Shown here: positions 18,281 to 27,733 of the stretch, piece by piece
Position numbering within the stretch: the stretch's first letter is position 1
How the letters are laid out: every line of letters starts with the position of its first letter
Assembly (NCBI GenBank): GCA_023539395.1
Contig: JAKCEX010000005.1
Coordinates: 1-54,137, forward strand
Source: Candidatus Geocrenenecus arthurdayi
GTDB lineage: Archaea; Thermoproteota; Nitrososphaeria_A; Caldarchaeales; Wolframiiraptoraceae
Direction of reading: 5' to 3'
Length of the DNA: 54,137 nt
Translations under genes and position numbers: made by a program
The notes under the pieces: model-generated
Database searches by the model: none
Seen by the model: only the letters and a program-made list of their open reading frames with translations
Told to the model about the DNA's origin: nothing

Positions 18281-19715
18281 GCTCTAACACCTCCTCTCTA
18301 CTAGGAAGGTCTAGTTCTCTAATGTCTATAAATCTACCATAGACTGCTGCTGCAGCAGCCATGAGGGGGCTTACTAGATGGGTTCTACCACCTGGACCCT
18401 GCCTATTCTCGAAATTCCTATTGGATGTGCTAGCACACCTGTCTCCAGGTCTAAGTCTATCCTCATTCATGGCTATACACATACTGCATCCAGGGTTTCT
18501 CCACTCAAACCCTGCATCGATAAATATTCTATGGAGACCAAGCCTCTCAGCACTTCTTTTAACCAGCTGTGATCCTGGGACAACTAGTGCTCTCACATTG
18601 TGTGCAACCTTTCTGCCTAGCACGACTCTCGCAGCATCTACTAAGTCTGTTAATCTACCATTAGTACATGAACCTATAAAGACTACATCTACGTTAATAT
18701 CTGTGATCTTTGTGCCGGGATTTAGTCCCATATATTTTAAAGCTCTCTCAGCAGCTTGCTTCTCTCCAGGGTCATCGAATTCTCCTGGGTCAGGTATTTC
18801 TTCTGTAACCCCTACGGTCATAGCGGGGTTAGTACCCCATGTAACCTGGGGTTCCAGCTTATCTAGATGAAACCTGATAGTCTTATGGTAGTCTGCATCT
18901 AAGTCGCTAACAATGCTTCTCCAGTATTCTAGTGCCTGACTCCATTCATCATCGCTTGGAGCATACGGTCTACCCCTAACATAATTGAATACTTTCTCAT
19001 CTGGAGATATTATAGCTGTTCTTGCTCCACCTTCTATGGCCATGTTACATAACGTCATACGTTCTTCCACGTTCATTTCTCTAACAACTGGGCCATCATA
19101 CTCTATTACATGACCTATCCCACCACCTGTACCGATATTCCTGATAACCCATAGAATTACATCTTTAGCTGTAACATTTTCAGGTAGCTTCCCCTCTAAG
19201 TTGATGAGCATCTTCCTAGGCTTTCTAAGCCATAGTGTCTGGGTTGCTAATACATGCTCCCCCTCACTTGTACCTATCCCGAATGCTAGTGCTCCCAGTG
19301 CTCCATGAGTGGATGTATGGCTGTCACCACATACAAGTGTTATTCCTGGAATAGTTAGACCGAGCTCTGGCCCAATTACATGTACTATCCCCTGGTAGGG
19401 GCTATATAGATCGAATAATGTTAATTTAAAGTCTTTAGCATTCTTCTCAAGTGCTGCTATCTGTTTTGCTGATAATTCATCTCTTATTGGTTTAAGCCTA
19501 TCAGTTGTAGGAACATTATGATCCATTACAGCGAATGTTAGGTCTGGTCTACGTACTCTCCTATTCTTCTCTCTAAGCCCTTCAAAAGCCATGTAAGAAG
19601 TAACCTCATGGGTTAAATGCCTATCCACGTAGATTAATGTCTCACCATCTTCTTTCTCATACAAAGTATGGAGCTCCCATATCTTATCAAAGATACTCTT
19701 ACCCGCCAATCCCAA
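18264..19715 (-). CDS. leuC: 3-isopropylmalate dehydratase large subunit (aconitase superfamily)
   Basis: VCGDSHTSTHGALGALAFGIGTSE, FIGSCTNGR and NPGCSMCIAMN (Fe-S cluster cysteines). 483 aa. Overlaps leuD by 17 nt. Confidence 0.9.
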   Translation of the reverse strand: MGLAGKSIFDKIWELHTLYEKEDGETLIYVDRHLTHEVTSYMAFEGLREKNRRVRRPDLTFAVMDHNVPTTDRLKPIRDELSAKQIAALEKNAKDFKLTLFDLYSPYQGIVHVIGPELGLTIPGITLVCGDSHTSTHGALGALAFGIGTSEGEHVLATQTLWLRKPRKMLINLEGKLPENVTAKDVILWVIRNIGTGGGIGHVIEYDGPVVREMNVEERMTLCNMAIEGGARTAIISPDEKVFNYVRGRPYAPSDDEWSQALEYWRSIVSDLDADYHKTIRFHLDKLEPQVTWGTNPAMTVGVTEEIPDPGEFDDPGEKQAAERALKYMGLNPGTKITDINVDVVFIGSCTNGRLTDLVDAARVVLGRKVAHNVRALVVPGSQLVKRSAERLGLHRIFIDAGFEWRNPGCSMCIAMNEDRLRPGDRCASTSNRNFENRQGPGGRTHLVSPLMAAAAAVYGRFIDIRELDLPSREEVLEHAGAY

Positions 19716-19890
19716 CCTTCCTACATCCTTAAAAATCCATATTTAGACTTTTACGACCTACATACATAGCCTATCTAAATAATGATTAATCCTAGAGGTA
19801 AACAAGTCCAATATACAGTATTCAGTAATTGTGATTGAACATCATAAACGCTTATATTGGGTATAGATACTGATTATAATGTGATGTATT

Positions 19891-21042
19891 ATGGATTTTA
19901 GGTTGACTGAAGAACAGTTGGAGATTAAGAGAGCTGTGAGAGAATTCTGTGAGAAAGAATTTAAGCCGGAACTAGCTTTGGAGCTGGATGAGAAAGAAGA
20001 ATTTCCAATGGAGCTCTACAAGAAAGCTGCAAGCCTAGGGTTTGTTGGTTTGTCTTTTCCAGAAGAATATGGAGGACAGGGGTATGGGTATCTGGAAGCA
20101 TGCATAGTCGTAGAGGAGATGTGTAGAGCTGATTCATCTCTCGGGATAGCTACGATGATAGGTACATTTGGAAGCGAGCTAATACTACGTCATGGAACAG
20201 AAGAACAAAAAGAAAAATATATTCCAAAGGTTGTGAGAGGGGAGTATATATCGGCTGCAGCTTTTACTGAGCCTGCTAGAGGGAGTGATTTAACCAAGCT
20301 GGATACTGTAGCTGTAAAATATGGTGGAGAATGGTGGATTAATGGAACTAAGACTTTTATAACCAATGCTCCTATCGCAGACTTGATTATAGTCTTGTGT
20401 CAGACAGACACGAAAGTTAGACCAACATACCGTGGACAAACACTATTCGTAATAGATAAAGGAACCCCAGGGCTTGATGTAACTAAACAGAAACATAAAC
20501 TGGGGATTAGATGTACAATGACGGGGGAAGTCTCTCTTAGAGATGTTAAAGTAACAGATTGGAATATCGTCGGAGAATTAAATAGGGGATTTTATCACTC
20601 AATGGAGTTCTTCGACCGTAGTAGAGTAATAGTTGCAGCTCAAGCTGTAGGAACAGCTCAAGGTGCATTCGAGATAGCATTCAAGTATGCTAAGACTAGG
20701 GAAGCGTTCGGTCAACCGATAATACAGTTTGAAGATATAGGTTGCAGGTTAGCTGAAGCAGCAACTAAGATTGAGGCTGCCCGCCTCTTAACGTATAAAG
20801 CCGCATGGTTGATAGATCAGGGACAGATGGATCCTATGGCTACATCTATGGCTAAGCTATACGCTAGTAGAGTAGCTGTAGAAACAGCTGACTTAGCAAT
20901 ACAAGTATTAGGAGGATATGGATACATGGGAGAATATAGGGTAGAGAAATACTTTAGGGACGCTAAGATTACAGAAATATATGAAGGAACCTCAGAGATA
21001 CAGAGGCTGACAACCCTGAAGTATCTACTAACTAAATTCTAA
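19891..21042 (+). CDS. acyl-CoA dehydrogenase
   Basis: AAFTEPARGSDL, WINGTKTFITNA, GGYGYMGEY and YEGTSEIQRL blocks. Confidence 0.9.
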   Translation: MDFRLTEEQLEIKRAVREFCEKEFKPELALELDEKEEFPMELYKKAASLGFVGLSFPEEYGGQGYGYLEACIVVEEMCRADSSLGIATMIGTFGSELILRHGTEEQKEKYIPKVVRGEYISAAAFTEPARGSDLTKLDTVAVKYGGEWWINGTKTFITNAPIADLIIVLCQTDTKVRPTYRGQTLFVIDKGTPGLDVTKQKHKLGIRCTMTGEVSLRDVKVTDWNIVGELNRGFYHSMEFFDRSRVIVAAQAVGTAQGAFEIAFKYAKTREAFGQPIIQFEDIGCRLAEAATKIEAARLLTYKAAWLIDQGQMDPMATSMAKLYASRVAVETADLAIQVLGGYGYMGEYRVEKYFRDAKITEIYEGTSEIQRLTTLKYLLTKF

Positions 21043-21081
21043 AATAGTATAGTGATGAAGAATATGTATGTGGTGGTGTAG

Positions 21082-21870
21082 ATGTCAAAACCTTATGAAA
21101 CGATCAGGGTTGAGAGAGAAGACCGTATTGCTTGGATAGTCCTGAATAGACCTCATAGATTAAATGCTCTGAATGATGTTATGATGGAGGAGCTCCTAGA
21201 TGCTTTAACTACAATTGATAATGATCCAGGCGTAAGATGCGTAATAATAACAGGTGAAGGAGATAGAGCATTTAGTGCAGGAGCAGATATAACCGCTTTC
21301 CCTAAAGCTACACCAGTCATGGCAGAGGAACTATCAAGGAAAGGTCAAAAAGTCTTCTCAAAGATAGAAGAACTGTCTAAACCAGTTATAGCAGCGATAA
21401 ATGGATATGCATTAGGTGGAGGGCTGGAGCTAGCTTTAGCATGCGATTTTAGGATAGCTTCAGAGCATGCTGAACTTGGGAGCCCAGAGATAAATCTTGG
21501 AATAATCCCTGGATGGGGAGGTACACAGAAGCTTGTAAGAATAATCGGTTTAAGAAATGCTAAGAGGTTGGTAATGCTTGGAGAGAGATTGAAAGCTGAA
21601 GAAGCACTCCAATTAGGCTTAGTAGACAAGGTTGTACCATTCGAGAAGCTTAGAGAAGAAGCAAAATCTCTAGCTCAGAAACTATGTAATGGTCCTCCGA
21701 TAGGATTAAAATATGCAAAGTATGCATTAAACTTCGGTAGCCAAGTACCGCTTGAAGTAGGGTTAAGGCTTGAAGCAGCTCTCATGGCTCTACTATTCTC
21801 AACAAACGATGTTAAGAGGGGGATAGAAGCATTCATGTCAAAGTCTAAACCTGAATTCAAGGGAGACTAA
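21082..21870 (+). CDS. enoyl-CoA hydratase (crotonase family)
   Basis: AFSAGADI and AAINGYALGGGLELALACDFRIA oxyanion-hole blocks. Confidence 0.9.
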   Translation: MSKPYETIRVEREDRIAWIVLNRPHRLNALNDVMMEELLDALTTIDNDPGVRCVIITGEGDRAFSAGADITAFPKATPVMAEELSRKGQKVFSKIEELSKPVIAAINGYALGGGLELALACDFRIASEHAELGSPEINLGIIPGWGGTQKLVRIIGLRNAKRLVMLGERLKAEEALQLGLVDKVVPFEKLREEAKSLAQKLCNGPPIGLKYAKYALNFGSQVPLEVGLRLEAALMALLFSTNDVKRGIEAFMSKSKPEFKGD

Positions 21871-21910
21871 ACTTGAATCCCCGAATAAGATACTTCAAGA
21901 GTGAATATAG

Positions 21911-23077
21911 ATGAGGAAGGTTGCAATAGTAGGAGTGGGCCACAGTAAGTTTGGAGAAAGACAAGATGTTAATGTTAGAGAACTTGCATTTGAATCTGTC
22001 AAGACTGCACTAGAAGAAGCAGGGCTGACACCAAGGGATATACCATACGTATCTGTAGGATCTATAGGAGTATGGTATGAAGAGCCTCTTCCAGCAGTAG
22101 CTATAGCTGAATATTGTGGATTAACAGGTTCAAGCCTCATAAGAGTAGAGGCTGCATGCGCAACTGGTAGTGCAGCTGTCTACTCAGCATATACTGCGGT
22201 TGCAAGTGGATACTTTGACACGGCTCTAGTAATAGGTGTTGAGAAGATGAGAGAAGTTGATACTTTCACTGCTGTTGAATTAATGGGGAGAGCAGGCTCA
22301 TATTTGTGGGAGTTTGAGAATTTTGGTTTAACTTTCCCAGGCTACTACGCATTATACGCTACAGCTTACATGAATAGATTTGGAGCCTCAGAGGAAGACC
22401 TAGCATTAGTTGCAGTAAAGAATCATAGATATGGAGCAATGAACCCTCTAGCACATATACAGAGAGAGATAACAGTAGAGGATGTGCTGTCTTCATATGT
22501 AGTTGCATGGCCTCTTAAACTATATGATTGCTGTCCTATAACAGATGGTAGCGCAGCAGTAGTCTTAGCATCGGAAGAAAAAGTAAAAGAGTTAAAGGTA
22601 GATACACCCGTATGGATAGCTGGTATAGGGTCTTCATCTGGAACTGGTACTCTATCCTACAGGAGTGACTTCATAGGATTAGATGCAGCTGTTAAAGCTT
22701 CAAGAATAGCTTACAAGATAGCTGGAGTAGAACCCAGAGATATTGATGTAGCAGAAGTTCATGATTGCTTCACTATTGCTGAGCTTATGGCATATGAAGA
22801 CTTAGGATTCTGCGGTAGAGGAGAAGGGTTCAAGATGATTAGAGAAGGTCAAACAGAGGTAGGTGGAAAAATACCTGTGAATATTGATGGTGGATTAAAA
22901 GCTAAGGGTCACCCAATAGGAGCAACTGGAGTATCAATGATGGTTGAATTAACAAAGCAACTAAGAGAAGAAGTTAAGCCGTCCAGCCGTCAAGCACCAA
23001 TGAAAAACTATGTAGCATTAGCGCATAACGTAGGCGGGACCGGGCATTATTGTTATGTAACAATACTGAGGAGGTGA
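21911..23077 (+). CDS. thiolase (acetyl-CoA C-acetyltransferase, archaeal/SCP2-type)
   Basis: VEAACATGSAAV (active-site Cys), EVHDCFT, and NIDGGLKAKGHPIGATG. Confidence 0.85.
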   Translation: MRKVAIVGVGHSKFGERQDVNVRELAFESVKTALEEAGLTPRDIPYVSVGSIGVWYEEPLPAVAIAEYCGLTGSSLIRVEAACATGSAAVYSAYTAVASGYFDTALVIGVEKMREVDTFTAVELMGRAGSYLWEFENFGLTFPGYYALYATAYMNRFGASEEDLALVAVKNHRYGAMNPLAHIQREITVEDVLSSYVVAWPLKLYDCCPITDGSAAVVLASEEKVKELKVDTPVWIAGIGSSSGTGTLSYRSDFIGLDAAVKASRIAYKIAGVEPRDIDVAEVHDCFTIAELMAYEDLGFCGRGEGFKMIREGQTEVGGKIPVNIDGGLKAKGHPIGATGVSMMVELTKQLREEVKPSSRQAPMKNYVALAHNVGGTGHYCYVTILRR

Positions 23078-23083
23078 GGAAAA

Positions 23084-23527
23084 TTGAGTGAGATGCCAAC
23101 TCTCCCTTCACGTAGACTTGAAATATCATACAATATACCGATTAGCAGGACAAAGAAGTTCTGGGATGGGTTGAGAGAAGGAAAAATATATGGAACAAAG
23201 TGTAGGAGATGCGGTAAACTCTATTTTCCCCCTGTAGCAGATTGCGGTGAATGTTATTCATCTGAGATGGATTGGGTTGAGCTTAGCGGTGAAGGAGAAA
23301 TCGTAACATTTACCCATATAATTGTTAGACCTACAAGCTTCCAAGACCAGCAGCCATACACAGTTGCAATTGCTCAATTGAAAGAAGGTGTAAAAGCACT
23401 TGCATGGTTAAAGGATGTAAAAAGGAAAGATATCAAGGTTGGTATGAAGGTAAAACTTGTTCCAAGAGTAAGTGAAGATGGAAGGGTTACGTATGAATTT
23501 AGACCTGCCGAGAAGAGAGAATATTGA
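23084..23527 (+). CDS. DUF35 zinc-ribbon/OB-fold protein (thiolase partner)
   Basis: CRRCGKLYFPPVADCGEC rubredoxin-like ribbon followed by an OB-fold segment. Begins 7 nt after the thiolase stop. Confidence 0.8.
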   Translation: MSEMPTLPSRRLEISYNIPISRTKKFWDGLREGKIYGTKCRRCGKLYFPPVADCGECYSSEMDWVELSGEGEIVTFTHIIVRPTSFQDQQPYTVAIAQLKEGVKALAWLKDVKRKDIKVGMKVKLVPRVSEDGRVTYEFRPAEKREY

Positions 23528-23579
23528 AACTGAAAACGTATATATTTCATCAACTATAAAATGATCGAGGTGTCTTGTT

Positions 23580-24770
23580 TTGAGTAGAGAGATTAGGAAT
23601 GTAGCAGTTATTGGTGCAGGAGTAATGGGGCATGGGATTGCACAAGTATTCGCTATGAAGGGATACAATGTTAACCTCGTAGATGTAAGCGAGGAGATAT
23701 TAAAGAAAGCTCTGCAAAATATTGAATGGAGCTTAAACAAATTCGTAGAGAAGAAGAGGATTAGGAAGGAAGATGCTGAAGCAGCTCTCTCAAGGATTAA
23801 GACGACAGTCTCTTACGAAGAAGCTACGAGAGAAATAGACTTAATGGTTGAAGCTGTCTCTGAAAACATTGATCTAAAAAAGAGGATTTTCAGTAAAGTT
23901 GATGAGCTTGCTCCTCCCCACGCTATTCTAGCATCAAATACATCTACACTGAGTATTAGTGTGATGGGTGAGGCAACTAAGAGACCTGAGAAAGTAGTTG
24001 GAATGCATTGGTTTAATCCCCCCCAGTTAATGCAATTAATAGAAGTAGTTAGAGGGGAGAAGACAAGCGATGAAACTGTAGAGAAGATAATCGAGTTGAG
24101 TAAAGCTCTAGGTAAGACACCTATAATATGCAAGAAAGATGTTAGAGGATTCATAGTTAATAGGATTCTCGGTTTAGTATTCAATGAAGCTTTCTGGACA
24201 TACTATAGAAGAGAAGCAACAATGGAAGGTATAGATTCATCGGTAAAATATAGTGGAGGCTTTCCAATGGGATGGTTTGAGCTATGCGATTACGTAGGGC
24301 TAGACATAGCATATGAAGTAGGTAGAGTACTCTATGAAGCTTACGGAGAAAGATTCAAACCATGCCCTGAAGTCATAGAACCGCTTGTTAAAGAGAAGAA
24401 GCTTGGACAGAAAACGGGAATAGGCTTCTATGACTGGTCTAAGGGTAGACCGAGAATACCATTTGAACTATCAGATGAATATGATTACGAGAGATCTTGG
24501 GCTGTAGCTGTGAATGAAGCTGCATGGCTCATACATGATAACGTAGCAGAACCTGAAAGCATAGATACGGGGATGAAGCTTGGAACAGGATGGCCACAGG
24601 GGCCATGCGAGTATGCTGACAAGAAAGGATTAAACAATATACTTGAGAAACTAAAACAACTATACAATCAATATAAGATGGAGATGTATAATCCCTGCCC
24701 ACTAATAGTAGATTACGTAAACAAGGGATGGATAGGGAAAGCAGCAGGAAGAGGATTCTACAAATATTAA
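23580..24770 (+). CDS. 3-hydroxyacyl-CoA dehydrogenase (with extra C-terminal helical domain)
   Basis: VAVIGAGVMGHGIAQV NAD motif, ASNTSTLSI, and HWFNPP. 396 aa, about 100 aa longer than simple Hbd enzymes. TTG start. Confidence 0.9.
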   Translation: MSREIRNVAVIGAGVMGHGIAQVFAMKGYNVNLVDVSEEILKKALQNIEWSLNKFVEKKRIRKEDAEAALSRIKTTVSYEEATREIDLMVEAVSENIDLKKRIFSKVDELAPPHAILASNTSTLSISVMGEATKRPEKVVGMHWFNPPQLMQLIEVVRGEKTSDETVEKIIELSKALGKTPIICKKDVRGFIVNRILGLVFNEAFWTYYRREATMEGIDSSVKYSGGFPMGWFELCDYVGLDIAYEVGRVLYEAYGERFKPCPEVIEPLVKEKKLGQKTGIGFYDWSKGRPRIPFELSDEYDYERSWAVAVNEAAWLIHDNVAEPESIDTGMKLGTGWPQGPCEYADKKGLNNILEKLKQLYNQYKMEMYNPCPLIVDYVNKGWIGKAAGRGFYKY

Positions 24771-24864
24771 CAAACTTCCCACTCCTATTCTATTTTTAGG
24801 TATAAGACTTCTCCGAATATTAACAGAATCGCTTGAAAGAAGATGGAGAAGCTGAACTCTTTAA

Positions 24865-24903
24865 TCTATGAACTCCTTAATATTCATAGATAGTTCTATG
24901 AAA
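24865..24903 (+). promoter_or_regulatory. TCTATGAA repeat cluster upstream of the 62-aa ORF
   Basis: TCTATGAA at 24865-24872, its inverse TTCATAGA at 24883-24890, and a second direct TCTATGAA at 24895-24902. These lie 50-85 nt upstream of the ORF starting at 24951. Confidence 0.3.
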
Positions 24904-24950
24904 CTTGTTTTAAATAAATTTTTAAGCAGGTCAACAGATTCTATTACTGG

Positions 24951-25139
24951 ATGGAGCCGATACTTGACGAGTCCACTATCGTATTAGGTGAGCTGGCTGG
25001 TAAAAGATTTAACCAGTATAATGAAGAGACTAAGTGGGGCTTCAGAGTTAAGATAGAGAGACTATTATCTGAAGGGTTACTTAACGTAAAAGTCCACTAT
25101 GTTTCTGATAAGCATCATGTGGTCGAGATAATTGAATGA
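24951..25139 (+). CDS. hypothetical small protein (62 aa)
   Basis: ATG start. Its stop overlaps the TTG start of the next ORF by 8 nt. No motif recognised. Confidence 0.4.
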   Translation: MEPILDESTIVLGELAGKRFNQYNEETKWGFRVKIERLLSEGLLNVKVHYVSDKHHVVEIIE

Positions 25140-25749
25140 AGAATTTAAGAAAGTCATAGAGGAAGCCAAGAGACTTAGATACCCGTATAATCACCTTAGA
25201 ATTCTAGCATATATCGCTACAAGGATCCTAGGAGATGCTTCTGAAATAAAGATTCTTAGAGGTATGGCTGCAGCATACTATACAAATGGATATTGTACAA
25301 CTTTCGAGGTAGATGTTTATTCACCTAAGCTTTACAATAATCCTGGAATACTCCAGATGCTTGGATTTAAACAGTATAAAGAGTATCTTAGATCTCCATG
25401 GATTCTAGAAGAAACAGATACAGTTATTGACTTCGTTGGTTTAGATATACCTTTCGATTTTATCTTAGTTGAGATAGGTGGTGATGGTGTAGAAATACTT
25501 TCATTAGAAGATACTTTATCCTACTACTTATCAGAGATAATAAATTGGGCGCCATCTAAAGAAGCAGTTCAAAGAGTTAACATGATATATATCGCTCACC
25601 AGAATAGGATTAGAAAAGATTCTCTAAAGAAATCACTAAGCAAGATGAATGCATACGATAGCTTGAAAAGAGTATCTCCTACGAGATTTAGTGATAAGCT
25701 CTCATCTAAACTTATACAATTTCTAGAAGAGATTATTAGGGAAGGATAA
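25132..25749 (+). CDS. hypothetical protein (205 aa), possible nucleotidyltransferase-fold
   Basis: RGMAAAYY...TTFEVDVYS resembles the hG[GS]-helix then acidic beta-strand ([DE]x[DE]) of minimal NTase folds. This is a weak, by-eye assignment. Confidence 0.4.
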   Translation: MNEEFKKVIEEAKRLRYPYNHLRILAYIATRILGDASEIKILRGMAAAYYTNGYCTTFEVDVYSPKLYNNPGILQMLGFKQYKEYLRSPWILEETDTVIDFVGLDIPFDFILVEIGGDGVEILSLEDTLSYYLSEIINWAPSKEAVQRVNMIYIAHQNRIRKDSLKKSLSKMNAYDSLKRVSPTRFSDKLSSKLIQFLEEIIREG

Positions 25750-25798
25750 AGTTTTGAGATCATTTTCTTGGGAAAAATTGTTCGGAGCTGATTGGTAA

Positions 25799-26779
25799 CT
25801 AAGATGTTTTCTTCTTTAATTCTTTTATTTTTTCAGTAAGTATTGGTACTATCTTAAATAAGTCTTCAACTACACCGTAATGTGCTACATTGAATATAGG
25901 TGCATTCGGGTCTTTATTCACGGCTATTATTAGCTGTGAGTTCTTCATACCTATGACGTGCTGGAATGCTCCACTAATACCGAGTGCTAGGTAGAGTTTA
26001 GGTTTAACGGTTTTCCCAGATGAACCAACTTGCCTGTCTGGAGGGAGCCATCCCTTATCCACTATAGGTCGAGAGCATGCTAGAACTCCCCCTAGAGTCT
26101 TAGCTAATTCTTCAGCAAGAGGTATGTTTGCTTGGTCTTTAATTCCTCTACCTATTGCAACAAGTATATCAGCAGACGTGATATCTACTTCTCCGATTTT
26201 TGGAAGAACATATTCTATGAACTTTTTCTTTACTGGTTCAACTATGTCAGGTGGTGGAAGCTCGATTATCTCTCCTTTAAGATTTCCCTCACTAGCTGTG
26301 ATTACACCTTGTCTAATAGTTGCAATATAGCTTTCAGATTTCCTCACATTTAATCTAGCATAGATCTTTCCACCATACATTTGGCGTACTGCGGTTAGTT
26401 GTCCATCCTGAATGTCTAGGTCTAAGCAGTCTGTTATAAGAGGTATGTTTAAGGATACTGCAAGGCTTGGAGCAAGATCAACTCCGTAAGATGTATGACC
26501 TATCATTGTTAAGATAGGCTTCACTTCCCTAATAATGTTAGATAATACTTGCTGATACAAATCAGAATTGAAGAACTCAAACCTCTCATCATCTATCATT
26601 AAAACTCTATCAGCATACCTCGCTAAAACTTCCGCTTTATCTCTAATATTCTTCCCTAAAATGATCGTATTTAGTCTTGAATTAGTTTTCTGAGCTATTT
26701 CTCTCCCTTTTGTAAGCATCTCGAAGGTTACTTCTCTTATCTCTCCTCTTCTATGCTCTACTAGTACTAGTAACTCCAA
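25799..26779 (-). CDS. etfA: electron transfer flavoprotein alpha subunit
   Basis: C-terminal FAD block ACSRPIVDKGWLP...QVGSSGKTVKPKLYLALGISGAFQH. TTG start 2 nt after the etfB stop. Confidence 0.9.
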   Translation of the reverse strand: MELLVLVEHRRGEIREVTFEMLTKGREIAQKTNSRLNTIILGKNIRDKAEVLARYADRVLMIDDERFEFFNSDLYQQVLSNIIREVKPILTMIGHTSYGVDLAPSLAVSLNIPLITDCLDLDIQDGQLTAVRQMYGGKIYARLNVRKSESYIATIRQGVITASEGNLKGEIIELPPPDIVEPVKKKFIEYVLPKIGEVDITSADILVAIGRGIKDQANIPLAEELAKTLGGVLACSRPIVDKGWLPPDRQVGSSGKTVKPKLYLALGISGAFQHVIGMKNSQLIIAVNKDPNAPIFNVAHYGVVEDLFKIVPILTEKIKELKKKTS

Positions 26780-26781
26780 GC

Positions 26782-27570
26782 CTAGATCACCCCCCTTGAC
26801 TTAATAATCTCAATAATCTTAGAAGCAACTTCTTCGGGGGTGCCTCTAATGAATTCTGCTCTCCTCTCTATGGATGGGATGTACACCTCAGATACATGTA
26901 TCCATGAGCCTTCAATCCCTACTTCTGTCTCACTTAAGCCTAGGTCGTCTATGGAGACAGTCTTGATCTCTTTCTTCATAGCTTTCCTAATCCCCATGAT
27001 AGATACGTATCTAGGCTCGTTAATGCCTGTCTGAATAGTTATGAGAGCGGGAAGCTCAACCTCGACAACTTCTTCTAACCCGCCTTCTAGCTCTCTATTA
27101 ACAATAACTGAGCGGTCTTTAAACTCAATCTTTTTAGCAAGTGTTACATGTGGTATATCTAAGAGTTCAGCAAGAGCTGGGCCGATGAATGCGTATCCAT
27201 CATCACTTGACTGTGCACCTGTTAGGATGAGGTCGAAAGGCATCTCTTTAATAGTTTTTGAGAGGATCTTTGCTATTATGTATGGGTCTGAAGTGTTTAT
27301 TCTCTTATCCGTTATCCTTATTGCTTTATCTGCACCCTTAGCTAAGCATTTTCTCAATGTACTATCAGCATCTTCACTTCCAACTGTTATTACTGTTACA
27401 TTGCCTCCAAGCTTCTCTTTTATCCTTATAGCTTCTTCAACAGCATAATCATCCCACTCATTTATATCGAACACTAGACCGCTCTTCTCAATATCTCTCC
27501 CAGTCTTATCAATCTTCAATTCGACTTCCGCTGTCTCGGGAACATGCTTAACACAAACAATAATCTCCAT
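26782..27570 (-). CDS. etfB: electron transfer flavoprotein beta subunit
   Basis: MEIIVCVKHVPE start, NEWDDYAVEEAIRIKE, and LILTGAQSSDDG. Confidence 0.9.
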   Translation of the reverse strand: MEIIVCVKHVPETAEVELKIDKTGRDIEKSGLVFDINEWDDYAVEEAIRIKEKLGGNVTVITVGSEDADSTLRKCLAKGADKAIRITDKRINTSDPYIIAKILSKTIKEMPFDLILTGAQSSDDGYAFIGPALAELLDIPHVTLAKKIEFKDRSVIVNRELEGGLEEVVEVELPALITIQTGINEPRYVSIMGIRKAMKKEIKTVSIDDLGLSETEVGIEGSWIHVSEVYIPSIERRAEFIRGTPEEVASKIIEIIKSRGVI

Positions 27571-27733
27571 AAAACCACCTATCCATAAAACTATCTTATC
27601 ATAGTGTATTGAGAAGATATTGAATATAAGTTTTAGATGGGTTCAAATGGATAAACAGCACATATTCGTAAACATTATAAATTCTTCATAAATTCTCCTA
27701 GATAGAGTAACTAGAGGTTGGTGGCTGTTAATA

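Noticed and set aside
18361-18870. 169-aa and 64-aa plus-strand ORFs inside leuC.
   Set aside because: They are antisense to a strongly supported aconitase-family gene. The Ser/Pro/Leu-rich translation is characteristic of the reverse frame of a G+C-richer gene.
21052-21058. GTGATGA C-box-like heptamer between the acyl-CoA dehydrogenase and crotonase genes.
   Set aside because: There is no D or D' box (CTGA) within 70 nt, and the 39-bp spacer is fully used by the ribosome-binding and start region.
27638-27650. GGGTTCAAATGG, resembling a tRNA T-arm/T-loop.
   Set aside because: The flanks are AT-rich, with no acceptor, D or anticodon stems. Stable RNAs in this organism should be visibly G+C-rich.
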